Below are positions 1 through 12,633 of a stretch of 64,000 bases of DNA, one piece after another. The notes under the pieces are model-generated. The model did not search any database, was not told the origin of the DNA, and worked only from the letters and a program-made list of their open reading frames with translations. This DNA is from Malacoraja senta. Taxonomy: Eukaryota. The stretch is from the NCBI GenBank assembly GCA_038087875.1, contig CM075988.1, forward strand, positions 6,884,001-6,948,000, written 5' to 3'. Numbering within the stretch: position 1 is the stretch's first letter; each line of letters opens with the position of its first letter. Both the position numbers and the translations under genes were made by a program.

Positions 1-37
1 TGGTTTAAACCAGCATCAGCAGTTCCTTTTTACATAT

Positions 38-330
38 TGAATATAGAAGTTGGGACATTATGATACAGTTGTACAAGACGTTGGTGAGGCCACAATTGGA
101 CTATTATGTTCGGTTTTGGTCACTCTGCTATAGGAAGGATGTAGTTAAGCTGGATAGAGCGCAGAAAAAATTATGAGGAAGTTGCCAGGTCTTGAGGGTC
201 TGAGCTACAGGGAGAGGTTGGGCTGTCTATGACTTTAATCTTTGCAGCGCAGGAGGCAAATGGGTGATCTAATAGAGGTGTATAAAATCATGACGGAAAT
301 TGATAGGGTGAAACCACAGAGTCTTTTCAG
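38..330 (+). mobile_element. CR1-clade LINE (HER1-like) RT C-terminal fragment
   Basis: Degenerate LYKTLVRPQLDY...RLG...RGDLIEVYKIM coding remnant. Confidence 0.75.
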
Positions 331-334
331 AGTA

Positions 335-850
335 AAGTCGGAGAACTGAATGTTCATACCATTAGGTTGTAAGCAAGTCAAGTGGAATAGAGGTGCTGTT
401 CCAGCAGTTTGTGTGTGACCTCAGTCTGACAATGGAGGAGACTCAGGACAGAAAGGTCAGTTTGGGAATGGGAAGGGGCATTAAAATGGTTTGCAACTAG
501 AAGATCCAGCAGGACTTGGTGGACTGAGCACAAGTGTTTGGCAAAATGGTCGCCAAGTCTAGGTTTGGTCCAAGAGGTTGGTACAAGAGGCCACATTGGG
601 AATACCGGATGCAGTAGACGAGGTTAGAGGAGGTGCATGTGAACATCTGTCTCACCTGGAAGGACGGCTGGGGTCCCTGAATGGAGGTGAGGGAGAAAGT
701 ATAAGGACAGTTGTTACATCTCCGGTTTTTGCAGGGGAAAGTAACTGGGGAGGGGGTGGTTTGGGTGGGAAGGGATCAATGAACCAAGAAGTTGCGGGGG
801 GAGCGGTCTATGCGGAAGGCAGAAAGGGGCTGGGATGGGAAGAAGTACCT
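335..850 (-). mobile_element. Penelope-like element 3' fragment (GIY-YIG region)
   Basis: Minus-strand translation includes RLGDHFAKHL..VANHFN..SHSQTDLSVL.LLHCQ, as in the ORF at 24936-26792. Confidence 0.8.
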
Positions 851-1879
851 GTACCTTAGCATATTTGTGCATATGACAACATATTGGGCTGGACCTGACT
901 TGACCTTTCTCACATTCAACAGGTAGCTGAGCTGTAACATGTAGATGCTATGCCAAACCCAGCTGAATATCTTGCATCTCGGCTGTTCTCACTCGCAGCC
1001 ACGTTTTTTTCGAAAATAATTTTATTTATACATTTAAATTATTCTCAGTTAAATTTTTACAAATATACATAGAAAGAAAACATCAAATAAAAACGAGATC
1101 GTATTTGCAACTCTGCTGAATCTGTAGGTCACCTCCGTCTCTGCCTCTGCTCGCCTGATGTTAGACGTAAAAAAAAGACACAAAGTGCTGGAGTAACTCA
1201 GCGGATCAGGCAGCATCTCTGGAGAAAAAGGATGGGTGATGTTTAGGCTCGAGATCCTTCTTCCGACTGCAGAAGAGCCCCTGACCCTAAACGTCACCCA
1301 CCTTTTTCTCCAGAGATGCTGCCTGACCCATAAATTACTCCAGCACTTTGTGTCCATCTTCGGTATAACCTAGCATCTGCAGTTCCTTTTGTACACACGT
1401 CACCTATCCATGTTCTCCAGAGATGCTGCCTGGCCCGCTGAGTTACTCCAGCACTTTGTATCTTTTTGTAAACCTGCAACTGCAGTTCATTGTATCTACT
1501 TTTATCAAAACTAGTCTTGACACGATGACACCCCCTTGGAAACCTACCCAAAGTGGCCCACAGTCCCATGCACAGAGCAAACTTGGTTCCCATTACATTG
1601 GATCCACCCCTGGTGTTTTCAAATCCTCATTCTTGTAATCCCTCCAAACTCACTGTCGCTTTCATTTCCATTCCTAGGGATCTTCCCCGCCTCAATCCCC
1701 CCAGTTCTGTACATCTACAACTTGGATAACTGCAAAAACGAGGACTCGTTTGCTTCTGTCTTTCCCGTCCCTGTGAACCCACCTCTTTGCCCAAGCGTGT
1801 GGTTTTCACTCATGATATTTCCTGGTGTGGCTCGGAGACAGATTTTGTAACAACCCTCCCTTTAAAAAAAAAAAAAAAA

Positions 1880-2074
1880 ACTGCCGCGTGGATGTGTTTT
1901 CCTGGTCAGTTTGAAACGAGGAAATGCCCCCTTGAGTGGTGTGGTGTGGTGAGGTGGGGGAGAGGCCGGGGCATGGGTGCAGGGAACCGGCCGGGAGCGA
2001 TGAGACTGGGCCGATTACTCCAGAGAGTCAGGCAGGCGGATGAGGAAGTAGCGAGAGTTAGGGCTGGCTCCCGC

Positions 2075-2113
<39 letters not shown>

Positions 2114-2400
2114 CTCTGTGTGTGTATCCGGCTCCGGATCTTGGCCGGGGAAGTAAGCGGATGGGGTGACTCCCATTATCACCCCCTCCACCACCACCAC
2201 CACCCTCCCCGAGTGTCGATGGGAAGCAGCGGCACGGGGCAGACCCCAGCGGCGGGGCTGGCGAGCGAACTCAGGCCGCCACTGGAGGCGTGGAGCTGCG
2301 GCTACTGCGGGAAGGACTCCTTCTGTGCTCAGGGTGAGTGGCTCAGTATGTGTGTGTGAGAGAGAGAGAGAGAGTGCGGGGCGAGGAGGGGGGAACCCTG
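1880..2400 (+). promoter_or_regulatory. CpG/GC-rich putative promoter and 5' UTR of the ATE1-like gene
   Basis: Locally CpG-rich non-TE sequence around exon 1, with GGAAGT (ETS-like) motifs at ~2044 and ~2149 and a (CT)n tract at ~2078-2107. Confidence 0.5.
2219..2333 (+). CDS. ATE1-like: ATE1-like gene, coding exon 1 (MGSSGTGQTPAAGLASELRPPLEAWSCGYCGKDSFCAQ-G)
   Basis: ATG at 2219 in a GC/CpG-rich region. CGYC motif as in ATE1 exon 1 (human YRCGYCKNESGSRSNG). Ends in phase 1 at a consensus donor CAGG|GTGAGT, the same phase as ATE1 exon 1. Confidence 0.8.
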
Positions 2401-5400
2401 CGAGATAATACTCCACAGGTCAATGCAACAATGTTTCTCACCCCAGATGAAAGAGACACCAAATGTATCCCCCCCCCCATTGGAAATCTAAAGCCACAAC
2501 TGAAAGTGGAAGATATCTTGAACTATTGGCGTTGATTTCCCAATTTGAGTTGAGTTTCTTTCTGCCAACATCACTCTGGTTGCACATCTTACGTGTTGCC
2601 AGCGCTTGAGACTTGTTGATCTCAGCAGCTCTCGGCAGGCGATTGTGTTACATGCTCATTTCAAATCTGTTACACCGTCTGTCCCCAGTCGATGGTCTCC
2701 AGTGGCTTTCGAGAGATAGACTTGAGTCCGAGCAATGGCCGGAGTTTTCCCCTCTAAAATGCCTGGGATATTTGCATTGCTTATTTATTTATTTTGCATC
2801 CCGGTTTCCATGCGAACGTGATTTTTTTTTTTGTCTGGAAAGTAAACGCGAACAGCTGTTTGCAGATTCGATCCTTCAGACCCTATGTTTTCTGCTGCAA
2901 TAGATTGGTCGATTAAGGTGTCACTGAGCGATGCTGTAAAAAGAAGTAACACGCTCTGTGTTTGTTGTTGTCCCGGGCCGTGTTTGCATTGTTGCAAACC
3001 TCATTCTGCTTATCGAAGACAAACACAAAGTGCTGGAGTAACTCAGCGGGTCAGGCAGGCGAAAAAGGGTAGGTGCGGTTTGGGTCGAGTCCCTTCTTCT
3101 GAAGAAACGTCACCTATTTCTTTTTCTCCAGAGATGCTGCCTGACCCGCTGAGTTACTACAGCATTTTGTGTCTGTCTTCGGTGTAAACCAGCATCTGCA
3201 GTCCCGTTCTACTCATTCTGCTCATCATTGGCTTCCAGCATTGTTGGGTCGCAAACCTCACTGTGGAAGGAGGTGGCTGGGTGGCCAAGGGAGTGAAACC
3301 CAGTGATCATCTGTCAGTCTCCTTTCTCTCCCGTTACTCTTGCCACAAGTTAATTAGTCAAGGGAGCAGAATTAGGCCATCAAGTCTACTGTGCCATTCA
3401 ATCATGGCTGATCAATCTTTCCCTCTCAACCTGATTGTCCTGCCTTTTCCCAATAACCAATAACAATAATTCTTGGGTGCCCAGAATTTCTATAGACTGG
3501 GCCTTTGGTTGCGCTCGTACCTCTGTTTGTGCACGATTATGGCTACCGAGTATATGGTTATTATACCTCGTTTATGGCACAGTGCCGTGGCGTTGGAGTT
3601 GCTGCCTTACAGTGCCAGAGATCCAGGTTTGATCCTGACAAAAGGTGCTGCCTGTTTGGAGTTTGTACATTCTGGCCAGCTGAGCTGGAACTTTGGAAAT
3701 GGCACCAAAACTGGCAATTGTTGCATATGGACTGGGCCGTTTCTCTGCATTCTGTACATAATCGGAGATTGTACTTATGTCTGGCAATAATCTTGCTGAT
3801 CTGTATGCGAAGAAAGAATTTCACTGTACCTTGGTACAAGTGATAATAAAGAACCATTGAGAACATGCAAACTTCATATAGGCAGCACCCAAGGTCAGGA
3901 CTGAACCCGGGGCTGCTGGAGTGTAAGGTGCTAGTTCTACTGCACCACTGTACCATCCCAATAGCCGTACAGGTTTCTTGAAGAAGGGTCGGGACCCAAA
4001 ACGTCGCCTATCCATGTTCTCCAGTGGTGCTGTCTGACCCTCTGAGTTACTCCAGTTGTTGGGTTGTGGACGTCACTGGCAGAGCTGCCATTTACTTATT
4101 ATCTGGCTGTGCTGCTTTGAGAGGGTGACACAGGCCTTCTCCTGCCTGGTGGTTTGATCGAAAATACACTCCAGCAGATACTGGAACAGCACCTCCAAAA
4201 CCATGACCTCCACCATTGAGGCACCATGTACATGGGCACACCACTAGAGTCATAGAGTGATACAGTGTGGAAACAGGCCCTTTGGCCCAACTTGCACACA
4301 CCGGCCAACATGTCCCAGCTACACTCTTCCCATCTGCCTGTGTTTGGTCCATATCCCTCCAAACTTGCCCTGCAAGATCCATTCATGTCACACTCATGCA
4401 GTAATAGCTACTAAAGCGGTCTGTGCACCTCGGTTGCTCAGTAGAGAACTCAGTGGGTCAGGAGATTAATAGAGTCTTAATTGGTAAGGGTGTCAAACAT
4501 TATAATAACCAGGCAGGAGAATGGATTGAGATTAAAAAAATAGATTTTACTTTAGACTTTAGAGATACAGCGTGGAAACAGGCCCTTCAGTCCACCGAGT
4601 CCGCACTGACCAGCGGTCCCCATACACTAACAGTACCCTACTACACTAGGGATAATATACAATTTAACGAAGCCAATTAACCTACAAGCCTGTACGTCTT
4701 TGGAGTGTGGGAGGAAACAAGAGCACCCGGTGAAAACCCCTGCGGCAACAGGAAAAAAAGTACAAACTCCGTATGGACAGCACCCGTGGTCAGGAACAAA
4801 CCCAGTTGCTGACAGTAATCTACTGTGGTGCCACTGTGCTGCCCTATGCTATGATCAAATCGTGGACAGATTTGATGGGTTGAATAGTGTTAAAGAAAAC
4901 TTTAAACAACACCACAAAGATTGAGCTGGACAATCAAGACTTCATTTTGGAGCGTCAAATACAGTGATCACAGAACAAAGATTCATCTGTTCCCTTGTTA
5001 CCGAATTTCCCTTTGATGTGCACATTGTCCCTTTGATTTCCCTTTCCCGCGATCACTCGAGCCTTTTTACTCTTCACATGGTCCTACGACAATCATAGGT
5101 CAAGGACCTCAGGAAAAGACACCGATTAACAAATGCATTTCAATCGCATCTAGTGGCAAGATAGAAACCGCACCCAGTGACAGACAGACAGATGTCCTGT
5201 TACTGCTTAGATCTCATTTTATTGTAATTGTCATTTGTTCTTTCACAATGGCCTCATTCTGTGCCCGTGTCTTATGGTCTGCATAAAGTTCCCGACCCGA
5301 GACGTCGTCTGGCCAGTTCCCACCTCAGATGCTGCCTGACTCGCTGAGTTCCTCCAGCACCTTGTTTTTTGCTCAAGATTCTGGCAACTGCGATTTCTTG

Positions 5401-5731
5401 TATCTCAGTTGTTCAGTAGTTGGCACATTGCAATGTTATGATTTGCGTGTTGGTTTCAGAGCTTCAGGGATGTGCCAAAGCACGTCAGAGCAAGTGACCA
5501 CGGTTTGACATCAGACCATATTAAATTAAATGCGCCAGTCTGATTTTGCATGTTTCGGTTTTAAATTATAGGTTGGGTTAAGCAGCCAGAATCAAAGTTA
5601 TGGAGTTTGAAATCATGATCTATGGTGTATATAAAGAAAACAAGTCTTAGGATAATTTTCTTTAGAATATGAAGTTGTGGATTTTAAAGAAAATTCAAGT
5701 TTCCATCCTTAGCTTAGCATCTCTGAAACAG

Positions 5732-6032
5732 ACGGCCTGGTGGCACAGCGGTGGAGTTGCTTCCTTACTGCACCAGAGACCCGGGTTTGATCCAGGTGCT
5801 GTCTGTATGGAGTTTGTTCATTCTCCCTGTGATTGCGTGGGTTTTCTCCAGGTGCTCTGGTTTTCTTCCACACTCCAAAGACATGCAGATTTGTAGGTTC
5901 ATTGGCTTCTGCAAATTGTCCCCTTGTGTGTAGGATAGAACTAGTGAACGGGTAATCCTGGTCGGCGCGGATTCGGTGGGACGAAGGGGTTGTTTCCGCA
6001 CTGTATCTTTAAACTAAACAAAACTAAACTAA
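5732..6032 (+). mobile_element. HE1-type tRNA-derived V-SINE (representative; more than 20 copies or fragments, e.g. 4550-4845-, 17038-17356+, 17356-17685-, 19795-20085-, 38375-38660-, 44572-44830-, 46795-47110+, 49610-49890+, 53633-53920+, 56089-56405+, 60409-60680+)
   Basis: tRNA-like head with A/B boxes (TGGCRCAGCGG..GGTTCGATCC), conserved central domain, 3' tail shared with the CR1/HER1 LINE and (TAAAC)n end. Confidence 0.85.
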
Positions 6033-6974
6033 GTTGGAGGAGATGGCTGATGGAAAAGTATTCGGAGCTGGGACCTTGGCCCTGAATTCCTTTTAGATCA
6101 CTTTTATAATTCCTTTTCATGCCTCGGTGTGGCTGGGTGACGTGAATGAGTTAGCACCAAGCCTGTAGTTTATCTTTAAATACAGAAGCAATGCTGCTGA
6201 CTTAGGGTCTGTTCAAACAGTTGTGTAATTCTCTTTCCAACTGATTACTTCTCCTTTGCCCAATTGTGGTTTAAAGTGATCCTGTGATGATGAAACTTGG
6301 GACTCCAGCCATAAAACTCCAAATGTGAAATACTTGCTCTTCCAGTTCCTAGCCACATGCATTGTTATTTGTGACAGTTTCATCTTTAGGGAATTACTGA
6401 AAAAATGGTATAGTATTACTTAATAATAATAATAATAAATTTATTTATATAGCACATTTTCCAATTGATTTGAATCAAAAGCCAAAGTGCTTTACAGTTA
6501 ACTAACCATACAAATTATAAAAAGAGATAGAAAAAATGACAACACACTATAAGAGATTTTACACAAACACGAACATCCCCCCACAGTAGAATCTACACTC
6601 TCCACTGTGAGGGAAGGCACCAAACTGTCCAGTCCTCCTCCTCCTCCTAGTCCACCCGAGGTCGGGGCCAGTCCGAGGCCACCGCAGCACTTGAGTCTAG
6701 CATTTCCTCCTCAGATAATGATCGAGCCTGGTACTTTTTGTAGTTTCGGTTTTAGTTTAGAGATACAGCATGCAAACAGGCCCTTCGGTCCATGGAATCC
6801 ATACTGTCCATTGATCGCCCGTTCACACTAGTTCTATGTTATCTCGCACCCTACGCACTAGGGGCAATTTACAGAGAGCCGATTAACCTACAAACCCGCA
6901 TGTCTTTGGGATGTGGGAGGAAACTGGAGCACTCGGAGGAAACCTACGCGGATACAAGAACAAATGGTTGTAAG

Positions 6975-7620
6975 GAAGGCAAATACAATGCGAACATTTA
7001 TTTCACGAGGGATAGAACACAAAAACAGGGATGTGATGCTTATGCTTTATAAGGCACTGGTCAGGCTGCATTTGGAATATTGTGAGCAATTTTGGGCGCC
7101 ATATCTGAGGAAGGATGTACTGGCTCAGGAGAGGGTCCAGAGGAGGTTTACAAGAATGATCCCAGGAATGAGTAGGGTAACATATGATGAGCATTTGGTG
7201 GCACTGGGCCTCTACTCACTGGAGTTTAGAAGAATGCGGGGGGGATCTCATTGAAACTTACCGAATAGTGAAAGGCTTGGATAGAGTGGATGTGGAGAGG
7301 ATGTTTCCACTAGTTTCCACTGGGAGAGTCGAGGACGAGGTCATAGCCTCAGAATTTTAAGGACGTTCCTTTAGGAAGGAGATGCGGAGGAATTTCTTTA
7401 GTCAGAGGCTGGTGAATCTGTGGAATTCTTTGCCGCAGAAGGCTGTGGAGGTCATTAATGGATATTTTTAAGGCACACATTTTTGATTTGTCCAGGTGTC
7501 AGGGGTTATGGGGAGAAGGCAGGAGAATGGGGTTAGGAGGGAGAGATAGATCAGCCATGATTGAATGCCGGAGTAGACTTGATGGGCTAAATGGCCTAAT
7601 TATGTTCCTATCACACCTTA
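6975..7620 (+). mobile_element. HER1/CR1 LINE 3' fragment nested in a minus-strand SINE
   Basis: ORF LYKALVRLHLEYCEQFWAPYLRKDVLAQERVQRRFTRMIPGM...LGLYSLEFRRMRG. SINE halves lie on both sides (6750-6950, 7630-7730). Similar fragments at 13017-13510-, 18622-19052+, 32380-32820+, 34288-34660+, 59460-59790-, 63464-63950-. Confidence 0.85.
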
Positions 7621-9456
7621 TGGCTTAATGCGCAAACTCCACGCCAACTGAACCCGAGGTCAGGATCGAACCTGGTTCTCTGGCGTCGTGAGGCAGCAGC
7701 TCTACCAGCTGCTTCACTGTGCTGACCTAGGGTAAGATGGGAGTATTACTGACAGTGCGGATGTCCACCATTTACTATTCATGTTCCAGCTCATAATGAA
7801 TCAGTCTGATGCAAAAAGAGTGCTGATATTTTTTCTCTTTCCGTCTAGACCCATGTGAGTTGCTGGAGCAGCCAATTTTTAGTTTGTGGCTATAAGCAGT
7901 GTCTCCTGGCTGGGGCTGGACTTATGTTTGGACCTGGGTACATCATAGCTTGTGAGGTGAAGAATGTATTTGAGAGTAAATCCTGTTTCTGGTGAATGTT
8001 TCTGTCGATGTATAGGTTCTCCCGGGCACTTGTAGATCTCCCAGTCTGCAGAGTATTAGAATCACCTCGGCTTTTTTACCACCTGATGATAGATACGACT
8101 GGCAGATGAATAGGGGACGTGATTGGAAACATAATGTATAAAATCTCTTCATTCTCTCCATCCCAACAAGCCCAGAAATGTGTCCAGATAATTATATATA
8201 TATGTATATGCGTGCAGGCATCCTGGTCTAATTTACATGGTGTAGGGTCTACCATGTTTATTTTTCCTGTTTTGGAAATTTCACACTTTCACACTGGTGG
8301 AAATGTGGATTATCTCAACTACAAACTGAATAAACCCATTCAGAAAATAAAATATTGCTATTCAGTGCATGACAATTTTGGACATAACCATAACAGATTA
8401 GTTGCTCTGGCAATATGCTTTTCTTCACCACCTATCTGGGTCTATTGGATATTACTTGCCTGGGATTTGATTGTAAATAAACCTACACCTTCATTTCCAC
8501 CTACATTTCTTCCTCTGGCTTCACAATTCACAACTTTTGTCTCACACCTGTTTTTTTTATCTCTGGCCTTTCTCCAACCATCAGCCTATCAAATCCCCCC
8601 ACACCTGTAACCTGCCATTCTTTGTGCAGCCCCTCCTCTCTTGCAGCTTTCTTTCCCATCCCCCCCCCACACCCCGCAATCAGTCGGAAGAAGGGATGGA
8701 CCTGAAGTTCTCCAGAGATGCTGCATGACCGGCTGAGTAATTCCAGCATTTTGTGTCCTTCTTTGATCGTAAATAACTTTGCTATCAATAATAGAAGGTG
8801 AACTATCCAAACTGTGGGGGTTTTAAGTTAATAACCCCTCCATTTCTGTTCAGTTTAAGTTTATTATTTAGGATTAGTACAGGTCCAACACCGATTTTCC
8901 ATTACCCGTTTTGCCAGACCAACAGAGCTCACAGCCTTGGGGGACTGAGATACCGTCCCACAAAGTCTGCCGTGGATGTCAGCTATGGGAATGAATCTGC
9001 CGGCTCCGGCTGGGCCGGAGTTCCAGAGTCCTGGCTGCAGGCAGCAAATCCGACACACTGATTGGATGCGGAAGTAGGCTATGGGAATGGATCTGCTGGC
9101 TCTGGCCAGGCCGGAAATCCAGAGCTCCGGCCGCAGAGGACAAATTTCTACCCGCCGATCTGTGTGGAAGTCCCAATGAGGTCAAGATCGGCCTCATCCG
9201 GCCTAGGCACCACATTTTGGGGAGACACCTGGGGAGGGGGATTATACCCGGATTAAAAGGGGGGCCGGATCTCCAGTGGTGGTGGACGTGTACAATAGGC
9301 AAAATAAATTTAAAAGAGTAGAGCGATTGTATTGGATGACACTGTAAATCCTGGGGCAGTGATTAGGGCCTTAATACACTGGGCCGCCATCTCCACCATC
9401 TCTGTTGCCATGGTAACAAAGCAGATGTAACAAGGAGCAATGTTAAAATATCACTC

Positions 9457-9675
<219 letters not shown>

Positions 9676-12589
9676 ATGGAAACAGGCCCTTTGTCAAACG
9701 CTATGCCAAATTAATTTCTTCTGCCTGTATGTGATCCATTCCCTGCATACCCTATCTAAAAGCCTCTTAAATGTCACTATCACTATTACAGCGCACCCCT
9801 ACTATGTGAATAATTTATTTTTACTCTTTAGTTCAGCTCATGTGGAACATTAGATGATTCTTCCAGCACATAGTTTGGTCTCATGCAGTCCCACCCTCTC
9901 GACACTCTTCCCCTTTCCCTCTTGTTCTGCAAACAGAAGGATTAAGCTGAGAAGCAGGCCAGTGCTAGGATTCGGGCCAAACATCCCAGGCAAGCTTACT
10001 GCTGGGAGAGGGTGCAATGATCTTTTGGTAGTGGGAGGGAAGGAAGGTAGGCGAGAGAGAGAGAGAGAGAGCGAGAGAGTCCAAGGATTCCTGTTCCTCC
10101 TAGTCTACAGGGATTGCAAGGAAAATTAAATAACACTGCTTACATTGTCCACTTCACGACACTTGGCTGACCACTGCCTGCATTGGACTTTGCAGTGTGC
10201 AAGCCTCTCTTGCCTTCAGCAAATATCACATTGGATTTGTTTAGTTTAGTTTATTATTGTCATGTGTACCATGGTACAGTGAAAAGCTTTTTTGGCGCGT
10301 GCCATCCAGTCAGTGAAAAGACTGTACATAACTACAAACAAAAGATAGACACAAAAGCTGGAGTAACTCAGCGGGACAGGTAGCATCTCTGCAGAGTAGG
10401 AAAGGGTGACAGTTCGGGTCGAGACCCTTCTTCATACTCTCTCGACCTGAAACATCACGCTTTCCTTCTCTCCAGAGATGCTGCCTGTCCCGCTGAGTTA
10501 CTCCAGCTTTTTGTGTCTATCTTCGGTTTAAATTAGCATCTGCAGTTCCATCTTACACATTACTACAAACAAACCATCCACAGTGTACAGATACAGGATT
10601 AAGGGAATAACATTTAGTGCAAGATAAAGTCCACTATTAAAGATAGTCCGAGGGTCTCCAATGAGGTAATGGTAGATCAGGACCGCTCTCTAGTTGGTGA
10701 TACGATGGTTCAGTTGCCTGGTAATGGTTGGGAAGAAACTGTCCCTGAATCTGGAGTTATGTGTTTTCATACTTCTGTAGCTCTTGCCTGAAGGCAGAGG
10801 GGAGAAGAGGGAGTAGCCAGGTCAAGACTGGTCTTTGATTATGGATGAGCATCATCATTGGATACCAACATTATTGGACTTTCATGAAGACCCCAATCAG
10901 AAATATCTCATTTCCATGTTTGGCCTAAATGCCAAGCTGTGGTGATATCTGACTTCCCTGATCTGGGAAGATAAAATTGCAGAATTTGGCAATGTATGGC
11001 AGTCAGAATGTTAGAAATTCTCCTGGAATTCCACATTTTATGATCCTCCTTTAGCTGCTCAGGATCATTACATTGTGCCCAGTCACTGAATCCACTGTCC
11101 AGTGACCCACGAGCATCATAGTCACACAGCATGGGAACAGGCCCTTTGGCCCAACCAGGCCATGCCAAACAGGATGCCGCATCTATGCTAATCCCACCTG
11201 CCTATGTTTAACCCATATCCTTCTGAACCTTCCTTATCCATGCACTTGTTCAAATGTCTTTTAAATGTTGTTATAGTACCTGCCTCAACTTTCTCCGGTG
11301 GAAGCTTGTTCCATGGAGCAACCACCCTCTGTTTGAAAAAGTTACAAACACTGTGAAGCACAATGCACAGATACTGAAGGCACTACTGTATGAGGAATAT
11401 CTCTGGACAACGGGTTCTGGAGCCATGGCAGAATGTCAAAGAAATGTCAGTCTGTCAGCAGCCTATTATGCAAAGGCTGATAGATGGGAAACAAGGCGGT
11501 CTTTGTTTCTCTGGCCAACTGTCTATCTTTGTTGGGTCTTTGCCCACTTATCCTTAAATACCCAATACAAACCATTCACAATGTATTGGTGACGGCAGCA
11601 GCATTTTTATTGAATGCTCTGAAGGCAAAACACAACCCTGGGTCTTGGGACTAGAACCAGGGACCACACAAGATGCTTCATGTGCCACACTGGGTGGAGC
11701 TGCAATCTCTGTGAGAAATCTCCCAGTTGGTATCTACATTGCTGGCACGTGTTCAGACTGACTTGTTTCTGTACCCCCGGCACTCACTCAGTCCAGTCCT
11801 GATCTATGCTGCAGGAACTCATGCAGACTAACTTGAATCTGTACCCAGTCTGCACCCCAACGATTCAATTCAATGATTCAATTATACTTCATTGTTAAAT
11901 GTACCGCAGTATAGTGAATTGCTTTGTTTTGCATACAGACTGGTAAAATTGTACAGTAGACCTCACCTTGGTACACAAGAGTTACCGTGTGTCTGGCATT
12001 GACAAAGTCACATAAATTCACCGAGCAGTTCTATCTACTGCCTGTTGCTGCACATGGCAGCAGCCTCCCCCTTCCAGCCAAGTCCCCCTTTGATCCCGGA
12101 GACCCCCCACAACCCTTGGGGCTGAGTTCAGTGTCCGCGGTGTGCAAGCCGTGTCCTCCGTCTCCGGTCTGTGGCGGGCGATTCATGGTCCTCGGTCCGT
12201 GGTGAGCGGGTCCCCGGTCTGTGGTGGGTCTGGTGAGCGGGTCCCTGGTCTGTGGCGGCAAGTTGAGCCTGCTTGCCAGGACACTCCGCATAGAATCATA
12301 CAGTGTGTAAACAGGCCCATTTGCCCAACTTGCCTATGCCGACCAACATATTCCATCTACACTAGTCCCACCTGCCCGTATTTGGCCTATCTCCCTCTAA
12401 ACTATCCTATCCGTATACCGGTCCAAATGTCTCTTAAACATTATGATAGTAATGTGGGCGTGTCGACACGGTGTCGCAGCGGTAGAGTTGTTGGCTTTCA
12501 GAGCCAGAGACCCGGGTTCCATATAACCATATAACCATAACAGCACGGAAACAGGCCATCTCGGCCCTTCAAGTCCGTGCCGAACATTT

Positions 12590-12633
<44 letters not shown>

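Noticed and set aside
8982..9136. Two ~60-bp GC-rich direct repeats about 96 bp apart
   Set aside because: Looks like the internal tandem structure of an unclassified dispersed repeat. Two units with no unique-spacer array, so not CRISPR-like, and no supportable function.
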